Source: Octopus vulgaris (taxonomy: Eukaryota). From it: a stretch of DNA of 64,000 bases. A model generated the notes under the pieces. The model was given only the letters and a program-made list of their open reading frames with translations, did no database searches and was not told where the DNA came from. The stretch lies in assembly GCA_951406725.2 (NCBI GenBank), contig OX597822.1, positions 65,906,001 to 65,970,000 on the forward strand, read 5' to 3'. Positions 1 to 13,363 of this stretch are shown here, in pieces (positions within the stretch are counted from its first letter, which is position 1; every line of letters starts with the position of its first letter). Made by a program: the position numbers and the translations under genes.

Positions 1-299
1 ACTACTACTACTGCTGCTGCTGCTGCTGCCGCCTGCCGCCGCCGTCGCCGTCACTATCACCACCAGCTTGATTTCAGGTTTACAATGAATTATATCTACA
101 AGATAGTCCTGCGCGCCAGAGCATCCTATGTTAATGTGCTTGTGAAACATTTCCATTGTACATAATCGATATTGTTTGTTTTGCAAGGGTATCATTTCCC
201 ATCACGATCATCGTCACAATCTTGATTACGATCAGCTCGATCGTTATCGCCATCAGCAACAGCAACATTGATAAAAAGCCAAGTCAATAGCTTCGTCTT

Positions 300-591
300 C
301 GTCGACATCGTCGTCATCATTATCATCATCATCATCATCATCATCATCGTCATCATCACCATCATCACCACCATCCTCCTCCTCCTCATCATCATCATCA
401 TTGTCATCGTCGTCATCTGCATCATCATCATCATCATCCGCACCATCACCATCATCATTATTGTCATCTTCATCATCATCATGATCACCATCATCATCGT
501 CGTTGTCGTCATCATCAACATCATTATCATTATCATCATCATCACTATCATCATCATCGTCGTCATCATCACCATCGTCGTCGTCATCATC

Positions 592-623
<32 letters not shown>

Positions 624-945
624 GTCATCATCACCATCATCACCACCATCCTCCTCCTCCTCATCATCATCATCATTGTCATCGTCGTCATCTGCATCAT
701 CATCATCATCTTCATCATCCGCACCATCACCATCATCATTATCGTCATCTCCATCATCATTATGATCACCATCATCATCGTCGTCGTCGTCATCATCAAC
801 ATCATTATCATTATCATCATCGTCATCATCATCATCACTATCATCATCATCGTCGTCATCATCATCATCGTCGTCGTCATCATCATCCTCATCATCATCA
901 TCATATCATCATCATCATCATCATCATGGTCATCATCATCATCGA
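300..945. repeat. Degenerate (ATC)n/(GTC)n trinucleotide field containing a ~281-bp tandem duplication
   Basis: ATC/GTC/ACC triplets. The landmark CATCCGCACCATCACCATCATCATTAT occurs at ~435 and ~716. Confidence 0.9.
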
Positions 946-1925
946 TTTTAATCTGTACTACGGTCATCATTATTCCATTTTCGTCCTTCACATTAATTTT
1001 CTTCTCTCCCGATCGTCACTTAAATCCACCTCATCTCCCTCGTCCTCTTCCTCCCCCTCCCCCTCCAACTCCCTCCTTCCTCCCTCTTTCTTTTCCTCCT
1101 CCCCGTCATCGTTTCCCATACCATTGTCATCATTCTGCTTCTTCAAGATCACCATCATTATAACGATTGTTATCAACGCAATCATCATTGTCATCATAAT
1201 CACCGAGGTATATGCAACACAATGTGTAATTTGTCACCGAGTACAAAGCTCCGCGCGACAGAGCCAAAACCGAAGTGGGGCCCACATTCATTATCCATCT
1301 GTCCAAACACTACGTTGTAATCGTGTCCCCTTCCTGTCCCTAGACCCATCTATATTCTTTTCATTCACTCATTCATTCGTTCATATTTGTATTTATTTAT
1401 TTCTTCAGGATTTGGATGTTTGCTCTCTTTTCAACTTGTTCTCTATTTCTCTGTATCTCATTCTTTATTTGCCCTTATCTCCGACATCCTATCTGAAATT
1501 TAAAAGCTAGCCAGCTGCATCATTGGCTCCATTCGTTCTGCAACGAAAGAAGATACGAGTCAAATTAGTTTGGTCAGCGCAGTTAGGCCGTTTATGATAA
1601 TATAGCTCCTGAAATTTCAATCATTGTTGAGATAGGGTAAATGAGAAATAATAGTTCTTTAATTTGTTGTATTTTATGTCTTTGTTTTACAGCCATTGGA
1701 CTGCGTCCTCAAATGGTGCAGTTGTACAAAGCGACCCAGTGCTTATTTTTAATATCTTCAACTTTTTTCTATCGGTCCATTATTGTTGAACCCCGACGTT
1801 ACAGGACCACGCACAAACGCAAAATCACACACATATATATGCATGCCGACATACGTGTAAATGTACATACATACACTTATACATACACATACAAGCACTT
1901 ATATATAGGGAGATAGATGGATAGA

Positions 1926-2091
1926 TACCTTATTTTCACGCGTATAAGAAACCTCCTAATTTAGCGGGGTTTAAAATTGGGAAAAAAGTTTTGTAAGGGA
2001 GTATAATACTATCCATGTATAAGAAACTCCTATATATTCTAAACCTAATTTTTGACAAAATGGTTTTCTTTCTACACGTTAAAATACGGTA
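1926..2091. mobile_element. Short MITE with pogo/Tigger-like TIRs
   Basis: Left end TACCTTATTTTCACGCGTATAA matches the reverse complement of the right end, TACCGTATTTTAACGTGTAGAA. TA at both ends. Confidence 0.6.
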
Positions 2092-2134
2092 GATATTGTT
2101 CTGATGGTTAGTACAAAATCTGGTTAGAGATAAA

Positions 2135-2150
2135 TATTATTTAATAAGCA

Positions 2151-2231
<81 letters not shown>

Positions 2232-2410
2232 ATAGTTTCATGTGATGCAAACAACTCAATATTTTATAACACTTGTGGCTTTTATAACACGTCCGGGACT
2301 GACGATTGTGTGAGGGCACCATACGTGTTATAAAATGCTGTCGGAATTGTTCTTATCGCATGAAACTATTAATAGCTCATAAAAAGGTATTTAGCGTTTA
2401 TTAAATAATA
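2135..2410. mobile_element. Imperfect palindromic MITE-like repeat interrupted by a (TA)n(TG)n tract
   Basis: TAATAGTTTCATGTGAT...TTTTATAACAC pairs with GTGTTATAAAA...ATCGCATGAAACTATTA. An outer pair is ATTATTTAATAA / TTATTAAATAAT. Confidence 0.55.
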
Positions 2411-2632
2411 TAAATACAATCGCAAGATTATTGATTTTGCCGGCTGAGTGGATAGAAAAAAATTCAAATGAAGTGTTTTGTTCAATAACATCGCTCGGTC
2501 CAGTCATCAAAAGAACAACCTTATTATCATCAGGGAAGCAACCTGAGCACTAACCCGCATACATACATACACAGACACATGCGGCTGCACACACGCACAC
2601 AAATTTGTATGGGTGTGTATGGATATATTTTG

Positions 2633-2900
2633 GGGAGAATTCACAAAAAAACAAACAAAAACAAAAGACGAAGACAGGTGGTGTAGACAACAAAGAGTTG
2701 TATTAGTTTATCGCTCGAGAAGTGAAACAGTCTTTAATGTTCGAGCATACGCTCTTCTACAGAAAGGAACACAGAAAGAAACAAGGAGAGAAAATAAAGT
2801 ATGTGTAGTGGTAAGCGATCTATCATGCCGAATGCTGGACAGAGATGTCACAAAGGAGTGCTATGAAGAAAGGGGAGATAATAATGTAGTGGTGATCCCA
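2633..2900 (-). mobile_element. Dispersed repeat (Penelope pLTR-like remnant), homologous to 55278-55447
   Basis: Both copies share GGAGAATTCACAAAAAA...ACAAAAGACGAAGACA...CGCTCTTC...AGAAAGGAACACAGAAAG...GGAGAGAAAATAAAG. A hammerhead-like motif lies on the minus strand. Confidence 0.6.
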
Positions 2901-3139
2901 AAATGAAGGTGCGCTTGCATACATATACAATATATACGTACTTGGCAACCCTGGATGCCTATCGTAAGACATAAAATATTTTTTTTCGGCTTATCGTACT
3001 TCGATACGGAAAATAATCCATACCCTTCCGCCCTAGAAAACAATTTTTCCTGAAGGTTGTTTTTTTTATATTTTCTACGGATTGCTTGAAGCTCACTTTC
3101 TTCCTACACCTTGATTCTTAATTCTTACATTTGCTATGA

Positions 3140-3213
<74 letters not shown>

Positions 3214-3272
3214 GTCTGTCTGTCTGTCTGTATGTCTATTTATTTCTCTCTCTTTCTTTCACTGTATATATA

Positions 3273-3315
<43 letters not shown>

Positions 3316-3317
<2 letters not shown>

Positions 3318-4105
3318 TTTTACTTGTTCCAGTCATTTGACTGCGACTATGCTTTGGCACTATATTTAGTCGAAAAAATAAACGCAAGAACTTATTCTTT
3401 GTAAGCCTAGTACTTATTCTATCGATTTTTTTGCCGAACCCTAAATAAATTATGATGACTTAAATACACCAACATCGGTTGACAAGCGATGGTGAGGGGA
3501 CAAACATACACACACACACACACACAAGCATACATACAAGAAGATTACATATAAGAAGATCCGAATTCCACAGAATATAAATGTTATTAGCAATTAAAAG
3601 GAGTTCAATAGGAGTTTTACGAGTCCAACAGCTGTTTCTGATATCATTTCTATTCTGTGTAAGTCGGACCATCTTATATGTAAACATATGTACACTTTTT
3701 AGTATTAAATATATCTAATGCTTTTTGTATATAGACTTGCCAAACTTGCTTATCCTTACACATAGAATTATATAGTAAAATAAGGGTTCAGATAGAATTA
3801 GGTACTTATAAAGATATGCACCAAGTAGGGTTGGATAAACTTATAGTTCCGACCTATAATTGGTAAATTTAAAATAGGATATTCCGGTTGCGTACTCTGA
3901 GAAAACTAACCCTACGAGTATTTAGCACCTAGGGGCTGGTTGAAATCCCGCGTTAATTTGAATTGCGCGTTGTTGGTATGCTCTAGGGTTTCCGACAAGT
4001 TGTAAACCCCTTGCTGTATTATAACCAAATGATTAAAAAACATAGGATATACTGTACACACACACAAACACACACACGAGAGGGGCTTTTTTCAGTTTCT
4101 TTCCA
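3316..4105 (-). mobile_element. SINE family A (partial), split by a ~500-bp insertion in its internal microsatellite
   Basis: 3316-3530 matches the 3' part of family A (CAGTCATTTGACTGCG...AGCCTAGTACTTATTCTATCG). GGGCTTTTTTCAGTTTC resumes at ~4083. Confidence 0.7.
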
Positions 4106-4513
4106 CTATATTTGGATGTATGTGGCATTATTTAACGCGTCTGCCTGATTGGATTCCAGCATCTGCAAATTGTGAACTGTTTCCCTAAATTTCATAAACC
4201 TTTATTATTTTTAAACTGCATTAGAATGTGCAGCTTATGGGACAATTTGTTTGGTAGAGTACAAAGAAAGAAAAAAAAACTTAAAAGAAAAAAAACTACA
4301 CCAAAAGATAACAAAGGAACCACTGTGGAAAATCTTTAACAGTTTCTTATTTCTTTGCTGTTGTCCTTAATCAGTCAAGGTTTGCAATCATGGCGACACA
4401 TGCTGTCAGGAGACGACAGCCTTTTGGTAAAACTAGTCACGTCTGCAGTGTTTGTCAACAATACTCCGGTTAAACCCATTACTCCGTCATCCATTGGATC
4501 TTCTTCCCAAGGG

Positions 4514-4601
4514 CTTCTTCTTCTTCTTCTTCTTCTTCTTCTTCTTCTTCTTCTTCTTCTTCTTCTTCTTCTTCTTCTTCTTCTTCTTCTTCTTCTTCTT
4601 C
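4514..4601. repeat. (CTT)n microsatellite
   Basis: Perfect CTT run. Confidence 0.95.
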
Positions 4602-5134
4602 TCCAACTTTTTCTTCTGCTCCTCCCCTCCTCCTCCTCTTGTCGCTATTGCACTTTTTTTACGTCATTATGCATCTCCCACAGGGTGTTTGCGAATGTTA
4701 CCGCAAATCTCATATAAAATACTTCTTCCTTTGTTTCATTCATTTTCTTGATTTTTATATTGATTATTCAACGTGGTTTCTCTCCCACCTCCCTCGCATT
4801 CCCCACTCTCTCTGTATCTCTCCCTTTCCCATTCATGTTACCTCTCTACGTGTATGATGTTCACCCCCTTCGTAATCCATCTTCACTCCTTCTGCTCCCT
4901 TGCAATTCCTCAAACGGGACACCGTGGCGTTCTTGTTACGTCTTACACTTTGTCTCTATCTTCCTGCTAACAAACATCTCATGACACATTTTAGAAACAA
5001 GAAACTCTCCTTTTCTTGTTTCTCGTTTAAAAAGACATACCCATGCCTGCATACTTACACAAACGCACACTCTCCCTCTCTATCTATTTGTAATTATTTT
5101 TCATCTGTAACATACCATCTGCTAGAATTTCTCT

Positions 5135-5137
<3 letters not shown>

Positions 5138-5180
<43 letters not shown>

Positions 5181-5313
5181 ACATACAAATACATATTAGC
5201 ATGTATATGTATGTATTTAGGTATGTATGTATATATATATATATTTATATATACATATATATATATATTTATATATACATATATATATATATATATATAC
5301 ATATATACATACA

Positions 5314-5389
<76 letters not shown>

Positions 5390-5579
5390 ATAATATCGAA
5401 CAGCATTGACAGATAAATTTTCTTTATTTGTGGGGTAACCAGATTACCATGGTTTTCCTTTTGGAAGGGGGACATGTCTCAACAATTATTTAGGTGTATA
5501 CCACGGGACGTTGGTATACACCTCAATCTTGGATAAAAGACAACATATGTATGTATGTATCTACGTATCTATCTATCTC

Positions 5580-5652
<73 letters not shown>

Positions 5653-5700
5653 GTATATATGTATGTCTATATATATGTATATATAGACATACATATATAA
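5138..5700. repeat. Compound (CA)n/(TA)n/(TACA)n microsatellites
   Basis: Seen directly in the sequence. Confidence 0.9.
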
Positions 5701-5701
5701 A

Positions 5702-5931
5702 AGGCGGCGAGCTGGCAGAAACGTTAGCACGCCGAGCGAAATGCATAGCCGTATTTCGTCTGCCGTTACGTTCTGAGTTCAAATTCCGCCGAGGTCGACT
5801 TTGCCTTTCATCTTTTCTGGGTCGATAAATAAAGTACCAGTTTCGCACTGGGGTCTATGTAATCGACTTAATCCCTTTGTCTGTCCTTGTTTGTCCCCTC
5901 TATGTTTAGCCCCTTGTGGGTAGTAAGGAAA
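5702..5931 (+). mobile_element. tRNA-derived SINE family B, monomer
   Basis: GGCGGCGAGCTGGCAGAAACG (box A-like), GTTCAAATTCC (box B) and a central GCCTTTCATC...GGTCGATAAA..AAGTACCAG. Many copies in the window. Confidence 0.85.
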
Positions 5932-5947
5932 TATATGTGTATGTATG

Positions 5948-5994
<47 letters not shown>

Positions 5995-6190
5995 AACAGG
6001 TTGTTCATCAAATGAGATGGAGTGGACATGTTATTAGAATGAAAACGAACGTTTGCCAAATTGTGTTTTTTTATGGTGAGTTCAACTCACCATAAAAAAC
6101 GACCTGAACATAAGCCGAGAAAAAGGTATAAAGACTGTGTGAAGGAAAACTTGAAGAAACTAGATATTAGCAAAAGTGTAAGCTTAAGAA
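5995..6190 (+). mobile_element. RTE-clade LINE 3' fragment (degenerate)
   Basis: Frameshifted translation QMRWSGHVIRM..RLP...FYGE...RPEHKPRKRYKDCVKENLKKL resembles the RTE ORF C-terminus. Confidence 0.7.
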
Positions 6191-6789
6191 AGGTGTAAAA
6201 GCACCATCTCTGTTCAGTACTGTTCAGGCGCATTTCTAGCTCTTTAGACGTTATCTATCGGAAATACCAAAGAGAGGTAACTCTGGATAGATTTAAACCC
6301 GTGACTTTAACTAAAACACACACACACACATCTTTAATTCTACTTCTTCTGCTGGGCTGCACGAGACTGATTATATTCTAAATATCATTCTTCGCCTTCT
6401 ACTTTGTTATAAATTTTGACACCCACTTTTTTAATAATTTGTTGCAGAAGCACCTTCACACACATGAAAACAAAAACACAAATACACTAAGTTTTCTTTG
6501 AAACATTGTTACATGGCATATCAGCATTTCCCTCTGTCCTATAAACTATTCACCAACCTACTTATTATCATATACCTGCAGGTTCTACCCCGATTATTCC
6601 TCGTTATGTACTCACCCTCAGTGTCACCTACTTTTCCTCTCTTTCTGTCCATGCCACACACCCCTCTAACCATCTGTTTTCGTCTACATTAAACTTGTTC
6701 TGAGCACTTTATTGTACATTACTAATACTCAACCATTTAAAAAACTATCGATTGAGTTATATTGATATCCAATATTCATATTTTTAAAA

Positions 6790-7035
6790 AGAGGGTCAGC
6801 GGTCCTTCACGAGCCATCGGCTGACAAGTTCGGTCGGTTTCCCTGGTGTATATATGCCACTCCCAGATAAACCACCGATCCATCACAAGATTATTCAGTT
6901 TTGTCTGCTGAGTGGACTGGACCAATTTGAAATGACGATTTTACTCATCAGGGGGGCATCAATTTGTCCAGGAATCGAAACTACAATATTACGATCATAA
7001 TTACACATTTCTAACTATTAACACATGCATCTCCA
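6790..7035 (-). mobile_element. Diverged tRNA-derived SINE (family D-related)
   Basis: TTTTGTCTGCTGAGTGGACTGGA...GGAATCGAAAC...CTAACTATTA resembles 61490-61615. Confidence 0.55.
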
Positions 7036-8256
7036 AAATATTCGCATTACTCCGATAAAGTACCTTCAGTTAAATTGACTTTTATATTAGATATTTTTAA
7101 AGAAGGTATATTAGTCCATTGTGGCATACGTCATTTTATATTATTAGTATGATGGAGGACATCTCATCATCCCTCATAACATTTTCTCCAACAAAATGTC
7201 TTATGGATTACAGTATCAGTAGAAAGTAGGAGGCTTAATGATGAGTGCAGCTGAGTAAATATATTACAGCCTATAGATTGTACTCCTTTCAGTTCTTCAC
7301 TGCTACGACCTCTGCATCAAGTAGTTTCATTCCTTACTCACACTCGTAACCGAGATACAGACACCTATTCAAAGTATCTCTAATCATCGCCGTCCCTGTG
7401 TCTATCAGGTCATTGGATCACTGATATATTGCGTTTATTTAAATTTCAAAGACATACTATGCAACACTAGCCTACGGCTCGTACTTTGCAGCGTATTAAG
7501 TCAGCTGGGTAGTGGTCCCAAAGCTATAATTATGCTATTTATGATAATAGAATTGCGTCTCCAATAAAACGTCACAGACATATCGATTAATTGCTGAAGT
7601 CATCCTTCATGTAACTCTACACCCAACCATAAGACAAAATTTTAGCCCAAGCAATCATTAGTGCTTTCTTCATAGCTGCATTCGAACCCTTTAGACAAAG
7701 AAAAAAAGCTGCGATTCAGGAAGAAATTACTCATTCGTACAAACGACTTTTACTCAGCAACACAAATCCTACGCAATCATCTTTCCAAATTTAAAAGTGT
7801 ACCCCCAAAATATCACCCAGTATTTCAGTCTAGGTTTCTCGTAATATCTACTAACATAGCATGCATTATATCATCGTATATTCTCTCAATGACAACTGAA
7901 AATAATTTATAAGAAATTTAGCTACCATTTGTAGCAGGTAGAAAGACATCATAAACATTCCCTTGTTGGCTTGATTTTTTCACAAGAATTGTACTACGGT
8001 GAAACCCCACTGGGAAATCTTTTCTATCGATGCATTCTAACGATGTAAGTTGTAGGTAATGTTATAGTCCTAAGTAAAGCATCGAGGAATTGCATTAATC
8101 TTATACGGTTCTCTGGTCTGCAGATGTGCAACAAACCGACCTTCCGTTCAAGTTGCCGAACTACTAAGACGAAGTATTCAAATTCCTATTCTTTAAATTT
8201 GAGGCGAGTGATTAGAGGTAGCTTAGCTTTTTCAAACTCCTCAATCTTCTCCACGT

Positions 8257-8319
8257 GATGATAATGATGATGATATCATCATCATCATCACCATCCTCAT
8301 CATCACCACCACCACCACC

Positions 8320-8392
<73 letters not shown>

Positions 8393-8410
8393 CCATCACC
8401 ACCACCACTA
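8257..8410. repeat. (ATC)n/(ACC)n microsatellite
   Basis: Seen directly in the sequence. Confidence 0.9.
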
Positions 8411-9042
8411 TCATCCCCTTCCTCTTTATCATCCATCCTTATCCTCCTCCCCATCGTCATCATTATGGTAATGCTTCCCCCACTCCTCTCACATTCAACA
8501 TCATCAATAACGTAGTAAATATATCAAAATGAAAATACTAATTCTTTAGGGTATCAACTTCTGTCAGTTGTAACCTCAGACGTATACTAAAACTAACTTC
8601 CCATGCTATCATGGTCGTTGAAACAAATAATACACTAGGAATTTAATATCAGCTCTAGTCAGAACAAATCAGTTTCGTTACTAAAAGAAATATCATAAAC
8701 CATTGTACTTGACAAGAAAGTATTCTACTTCACTAGATAACCAGTGTTCTTTTTTTCCCGTATAACTTACAAACAATGTAAAGGCCTCATATATAACACA
8801 AACAATTGTGATTCAATATCCATCCTTTTTTTTATTCTCGTTGGATTTTTTTCCCCTGTAATCTGTTCTACCTTTGTATTAGTCAGCAGTCATTCCGCTA
8901 AAAGGAAAAAAAAATTAACAGAAAAGCAAAAAGCAAAAATGACTCAAGTTGATTTAGTGTGGGACTATCTAACAAATTTCAGACACTGAGTATCGTAACG
9001 TCGCCTCTTATAACCGTCGCCTCTGATAACCCGGTCTATATA

Positions 9043-9614
9043 TTGAGTTGTCCGGAAAGTACATGCCGATTTTTAAAGGAAAGAAAAAGGCCAATAAATA
9101 CTTGCCATTACATTTTTAATCAACCAAATATTAACCATTTTGTTGCACAATGCATCTCCATCTTTCGTTTAACTTGAAAATACCCTTTTCCCAGAATTGA
9201 GGTGGTTCCATGGCAAAGAATTCATCAAGGTATCTTTTTACGTCATCCAAGGAATTGAAATTTTTATCATTAAGATTATTCTGCAGATACCTGAATAAGT
9301 GGAAATCCGAAGGAGCAATATCTGGTGAGTATGGAGGGTGAGGTAACATCCCAGCCGATCTGTAGCAATTTTTGTCTGGTTCCCAAAGCATCAAGTGCCG
9401 AAAATGAACTTACTTATCTTCCATTTTAAAGGGTTACAGAATTAACACAGGTTATAGGTACATAAACACATAAACCTTCTTCCACGAAAAGATAGCTTAA
9501 ACTGTCCTCTAAATGGAGGTGTAGTCAAATCCTATTTTATGGACTGAACCATGTTCTAAAATAAGTCGAAAGGTAAATTACTATAAATCGGCACGAACTT
9601 TCCGGACTGCCCAA
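9043..9614 (-). mobile_element. Internally deleted non-autonomous mariner element
   Basis: TIRs TTG(A/G)GTTGTCCGGAAAGT with TA flanks. The minus strand encodes an N-terminal MEDK.VHFRHLML fused to HPPYSPDIAPSDFHLFR...GIFKLNERW. Confidence 0.9.
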
Positions 9615-10169
9615 TAGTTATAAGTACTGAGGAAAGGGAATAAACTCACACGTTATAAAGTGGCGTACTGTGGTTATCAACCATTATTTGTTCTGTCATA
9701 CTTGATATATCGAAATAGAATATGTAAAATTTAAAAAAATTCAATGGAGCTTTTTACGATCCGTTATGTTATGAAATATCATTTCTAGTATATATAGACA
9801 CATGGCCTGAAATGTTGGTGAAAGGAGAAAAGGCAAAATCGATCTTGGCAGGATTTGAATTCAGTATGTATAGACGGGTGAGATCCCGCTAATCATTATA
9901 TCCCTCGTGCTAACGATTCTGCTAGATTCCCGTCTTAAAATCGATGTCAGTGGCATTAGAACTAAGAACACAGAGTAGGAAGAAATGCCGATAAGCACCT
10001 TTCGTCCAGCATGGTAACGATTCTGCCACCTCGCCACTACGTAGGTTACGAAATCTACCAAGTAAAAATGCATCAATATCCGTAAATTTTGACGAAGTAT
10101 CAAAGATCCGCTTACATATATAGTCGAAAGACACCTGTTGTTATGTCCTGATATTATTATTGTTATTGT

Positions 10170-10450
10170 ATTTGTGTAACATTCTCCGTTTTTTCCGTCC
10201 TTGCTATCGTATACATTCGCTGCTTTGTTCTAAGGAATCTAATGCTCTTAGTTTAGTTTTTTCTTGGGGCTGGCCACATTGGAGCAATCTCGAGTATAAT
10301 CAGCCGAAATCTGGTACTCCACTGAGGAAAGAAAACTCCGAACGTCTCGTCCTTGTTTTCTTTGTATCGTATATCTAGATGTTTTGTTGTTCCATTGTTG
10401 TATCACCTAACTGTCCGGATGTTTTGCGTTCTTGTCCCATTTTGTATATA
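10170..10450 (+). mobile_element. Dispersed repeat ending at a (TA)/(TATC)n tract; related to 14890-15180 (minus) and 51470-51750
   Basis: Shared segments CGTA(T/C)ACATTCGCT, TCTAATGCTCTTAG, CCGAAA, CTGANGA and TGTCCG(G/A)A.GTTTT. Confidence 0.55.
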
Positions 10451-10456
10451 TATACA

Positions 10457-10527
<71 letters not shown>

Positions 10528-10534
10528 ATATATA

Positions 10535-10748
10535 TATTCTACTCTGGGTACAAGGCCCGAAATTTTTGGGAAGGGGCCCACTCGATTAGATCGGACCCAG
10601 TACGCAACTGGTACTTTACATATCGACCTTGAAAGGATGAAAGGTAAAGTAGACCTCGGCGGAATTTGTGCTCAGAACGTAAATATAGACGAAATACTGC
10701 CAAGCATTTCACCAGGCGTTTTAACGATTCTGGCAGTTCGTCGCCTTA
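10535..10748 (-). mobile_element. SINE family B variant
   Basis: Reverse complement of the family B head and core, with the alternative tail (AAATTTCGGGCCTTGT.CC.AGAGTAGAA). Confidence 0.75.
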
Positions 10749-10882
10749 GTCCCGTCTCTATTGTTCTCATTGAAGAGTACATATATACGTTTAAGTAACA
10801 GTTATACAATAATCGGATATTAGAGTATATTTCGCTTTTCTGTGTAGTGGTATACTCTAAGTGTTGTGAGAATCTTTTAATA

Positions 10883-11079
10883 TTTTACTCCTTTACTGGT
10901 TTCAGTCATTTGACTGGGGCAATGCTGGAGCATCGCCTTTATTTGAGCAAATCGACCCCAGGACATATTCTTTGTAAGCCTAGTACTTATTCTAACAGTA
11001 TCTTTTACCGAGACGCTAAGTTACGGGGATGTAAACTCACCAGCATCGGTTGTCAAGCGATATTGGGGGGACAAACACA

Positions 11080-11140
<61 letters not shown>

Positions 11141-11353
11141 ACACACACATATATATATATATATGTATATATATATATGTACATATATACGACGGTCTTC
11201 TTTCAGTTTCCGTCTACCAAATCCACTCACAAGGCTTTGGTCGGCTCTAGGCTGTAGTAGAAAACACTTGCCCAAGATGCCATGCAGTGGAACTGAGCCC
11301 GCAATCATATGGTTGGTAAGCAAGCTACTTACCACAGAACCACTCCTACACCT
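10883..11353 (-). mobile_element. tRNA-derived SINE family A, full length
   Basis: Reverse complement of the family A pattern AGG.G.AGGAGTGG...GGTTCAGT.CCACTGC...CTTGGGCAAGTG, microsatellite, CAGTCAAATGACTGAAAC. Confidence 0.85.
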
Positions 11354-11355
11354 AC

Positions 11356-11605
11356 GTCAAAGTCGACCTCGGCGAAATTTGAACTCAAGTAATAGATAGA
11401 CGAAATACCTATTTCTTTACTACCCACAAGGGGCTAAACAGAGAGAGGGAAAACAAGGACAGACAAATGGATTAAGTCGATTATATCGACACCAGTGTGT
11501 AACTGGTACTTATTTAATCGACCCCGAAAGGAGGAAAGGCAAAACAGACGAAATACCGCTGAGCATTTCACCCGGCGCGCTATCGTTTCTGCTAGCTCGC
11601 AGCCT
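11356..11605 (-). mobile_element. SINE family B (partial dimer)
   Basis: Family B head ends at ~11605. A second unit starts at the GACGAAATACCTATTTCTTTAC junction. Confidence 0.8.
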
Positions 11606-12064
11606 TATTAATTAAGGAAATTAAAGTTTGTTGTGTAGTTTAGTATATATTGATTCCAATTGATTTGTTATTCTAAGAGATAATAATTATTCACATGTTT
11701 AATTTCTTATCTAATTTCAGTTTAACAGTCTCTGTTTATAAAATAGCATTTCACCATGTTTGCACAGCGTTTGAAGAGAAAATAGAGTCAACTATTTGTT
11801 TCTGTTACTTTTAATGTAAATAAAGCCCTAAGGTATAAACAGGGAATCGTCCTCGTACCTCTAACATCGAAGTAACCTCTCCTTTGCTTCTAAAGTAAAC
11901 ATGTTTTGTATCCTGAGGTTTTGCTTATTTATGATTCTTTATTGAAGCGGTTTAGGATGGTTAAATTTAAAGAAAAGATTCGAAAAATGACTAATAAGCA
12001 TTAATAATCAGCACGGAAATTAAGAATCAAGTATATGCCCGATACTGCCTCATGATCTGGTTGA

Positions 12065-12453
12065 ACAGATTACCAAAAGATTGCTCTTTGGCGAGCTGCA
12101 AAAAGGAAAGCGCTCACAAGGCGGCCAGAAGAAGCGCTTTAAAGATACACTGAAAGCCTCACTGATGCCTTCAACATCGACCATGACACTTGGGAACAGT
12201 CTGCTCTAGACAGAAAAAAGGGGGCCATCAGCTGTCCACAAGGGTGCCAACACATAGGATCGCTGCTGCAGAATACCGCAGACAAGCCAGGAAGAACAGA
12301 GCTAACAACCCTGTAGCAGGCGCTCCCACTCCCTGTCCTCACTGTCAAAGACGCTTTCGGGCGCAGATTGGCCTCACTAGCCATCTGCGGACTCCCAAAA
12401 CAAGCCCACCCCAGGATGACTAGATGGTCTTCGGCTCATCGACGGACAAACTA
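12065..12453 (+). mobile_element. RTE/BovB-like LINE 3' end
   Basis: RLPKRLLFGELQKGKRSQGGQKKRFKDTLKASL..FNIDHDTWEQSALDR, then the zinc-finger-like CPHCQRRFRAQIGLTSHLRT and an A-rich tail. Confidence 0.88.
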
Positions 12454-13363
12454 CTAAAAAAAAAAAGAACAGAAAACAAATCAAAACAAAACAAAATCCA
12501 TTTAGTACTCATAGAAAAATATATTGAAGCATACATTTGTTTTACATTCCTTATCAGATGTAGTGCAAAGGAAGATATATTATGGCGAAAAAAGCCACGA
12601 ACTTTGGGTGAGAACATTGTCGATTTATGCAGCATGAGTTTTCGATTGCTATCAACTCTGGAAGCAGAAAAGAGAGTCTTGATCTTAGTGGCATATGAAC
12701 ACACAAATAAATGAAACAATAACGTATAGACCCAAAGGCGTTTACTCCTGTGCTTTACCGATGTTACAAATGGAAGAAAATTATCACTTATCTCAATCAA
12801 CAACATGGTATTTTGAATATACTAGCATAATCGCAACCACAGAGTATATTCACTTTATATCTTCTACTTTCCTCCAAATTATAAATTAGGGCTACAGATG
12901 GCTGAACAATTAGATAACGGACAAACAGCTGAGAAGAAATGGATTGCATTGTATTCTGTCACAGGCGGTGAGCTGTGACCACGACTGTGGCAATTAAGGG
13001 GGAAATTGCATGTCTATGTAAAGTGGTAATGGCCTGCTTAGGTAAAAACGGAAAAACGAAGCAAGAAAAATGTACGATTAATAATATATCTATAATAAGA
13101 TAAAACCTGTGTGTGGTACAAGACATGGATGTTGACATTTTGGTGAAGACGCATTTTCCAAGAAAATTAATCGAATAAACTCTGTGACCTACATTCTAAA
13201 CTTCTGATATGAAGACAGAATGTTCTATTCCCACTGCGACAAGGAACTACAAGCAAGTATATAATTAAAGTGTAATGAACTTGTTATATACATTTATTAG
13301 TCAGTGTAAAATGGCTCACGATCCTTCCTAATACAGACTTATTGTTTCAAATCCAGGCCATAT

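Noticed and set aside
192-1510. Long poly-His/Ser/Ile/Met ORFs
   Set aside because: Several frames are open only because ATC-type triplets lack stops. There is no domain or splice evidence.
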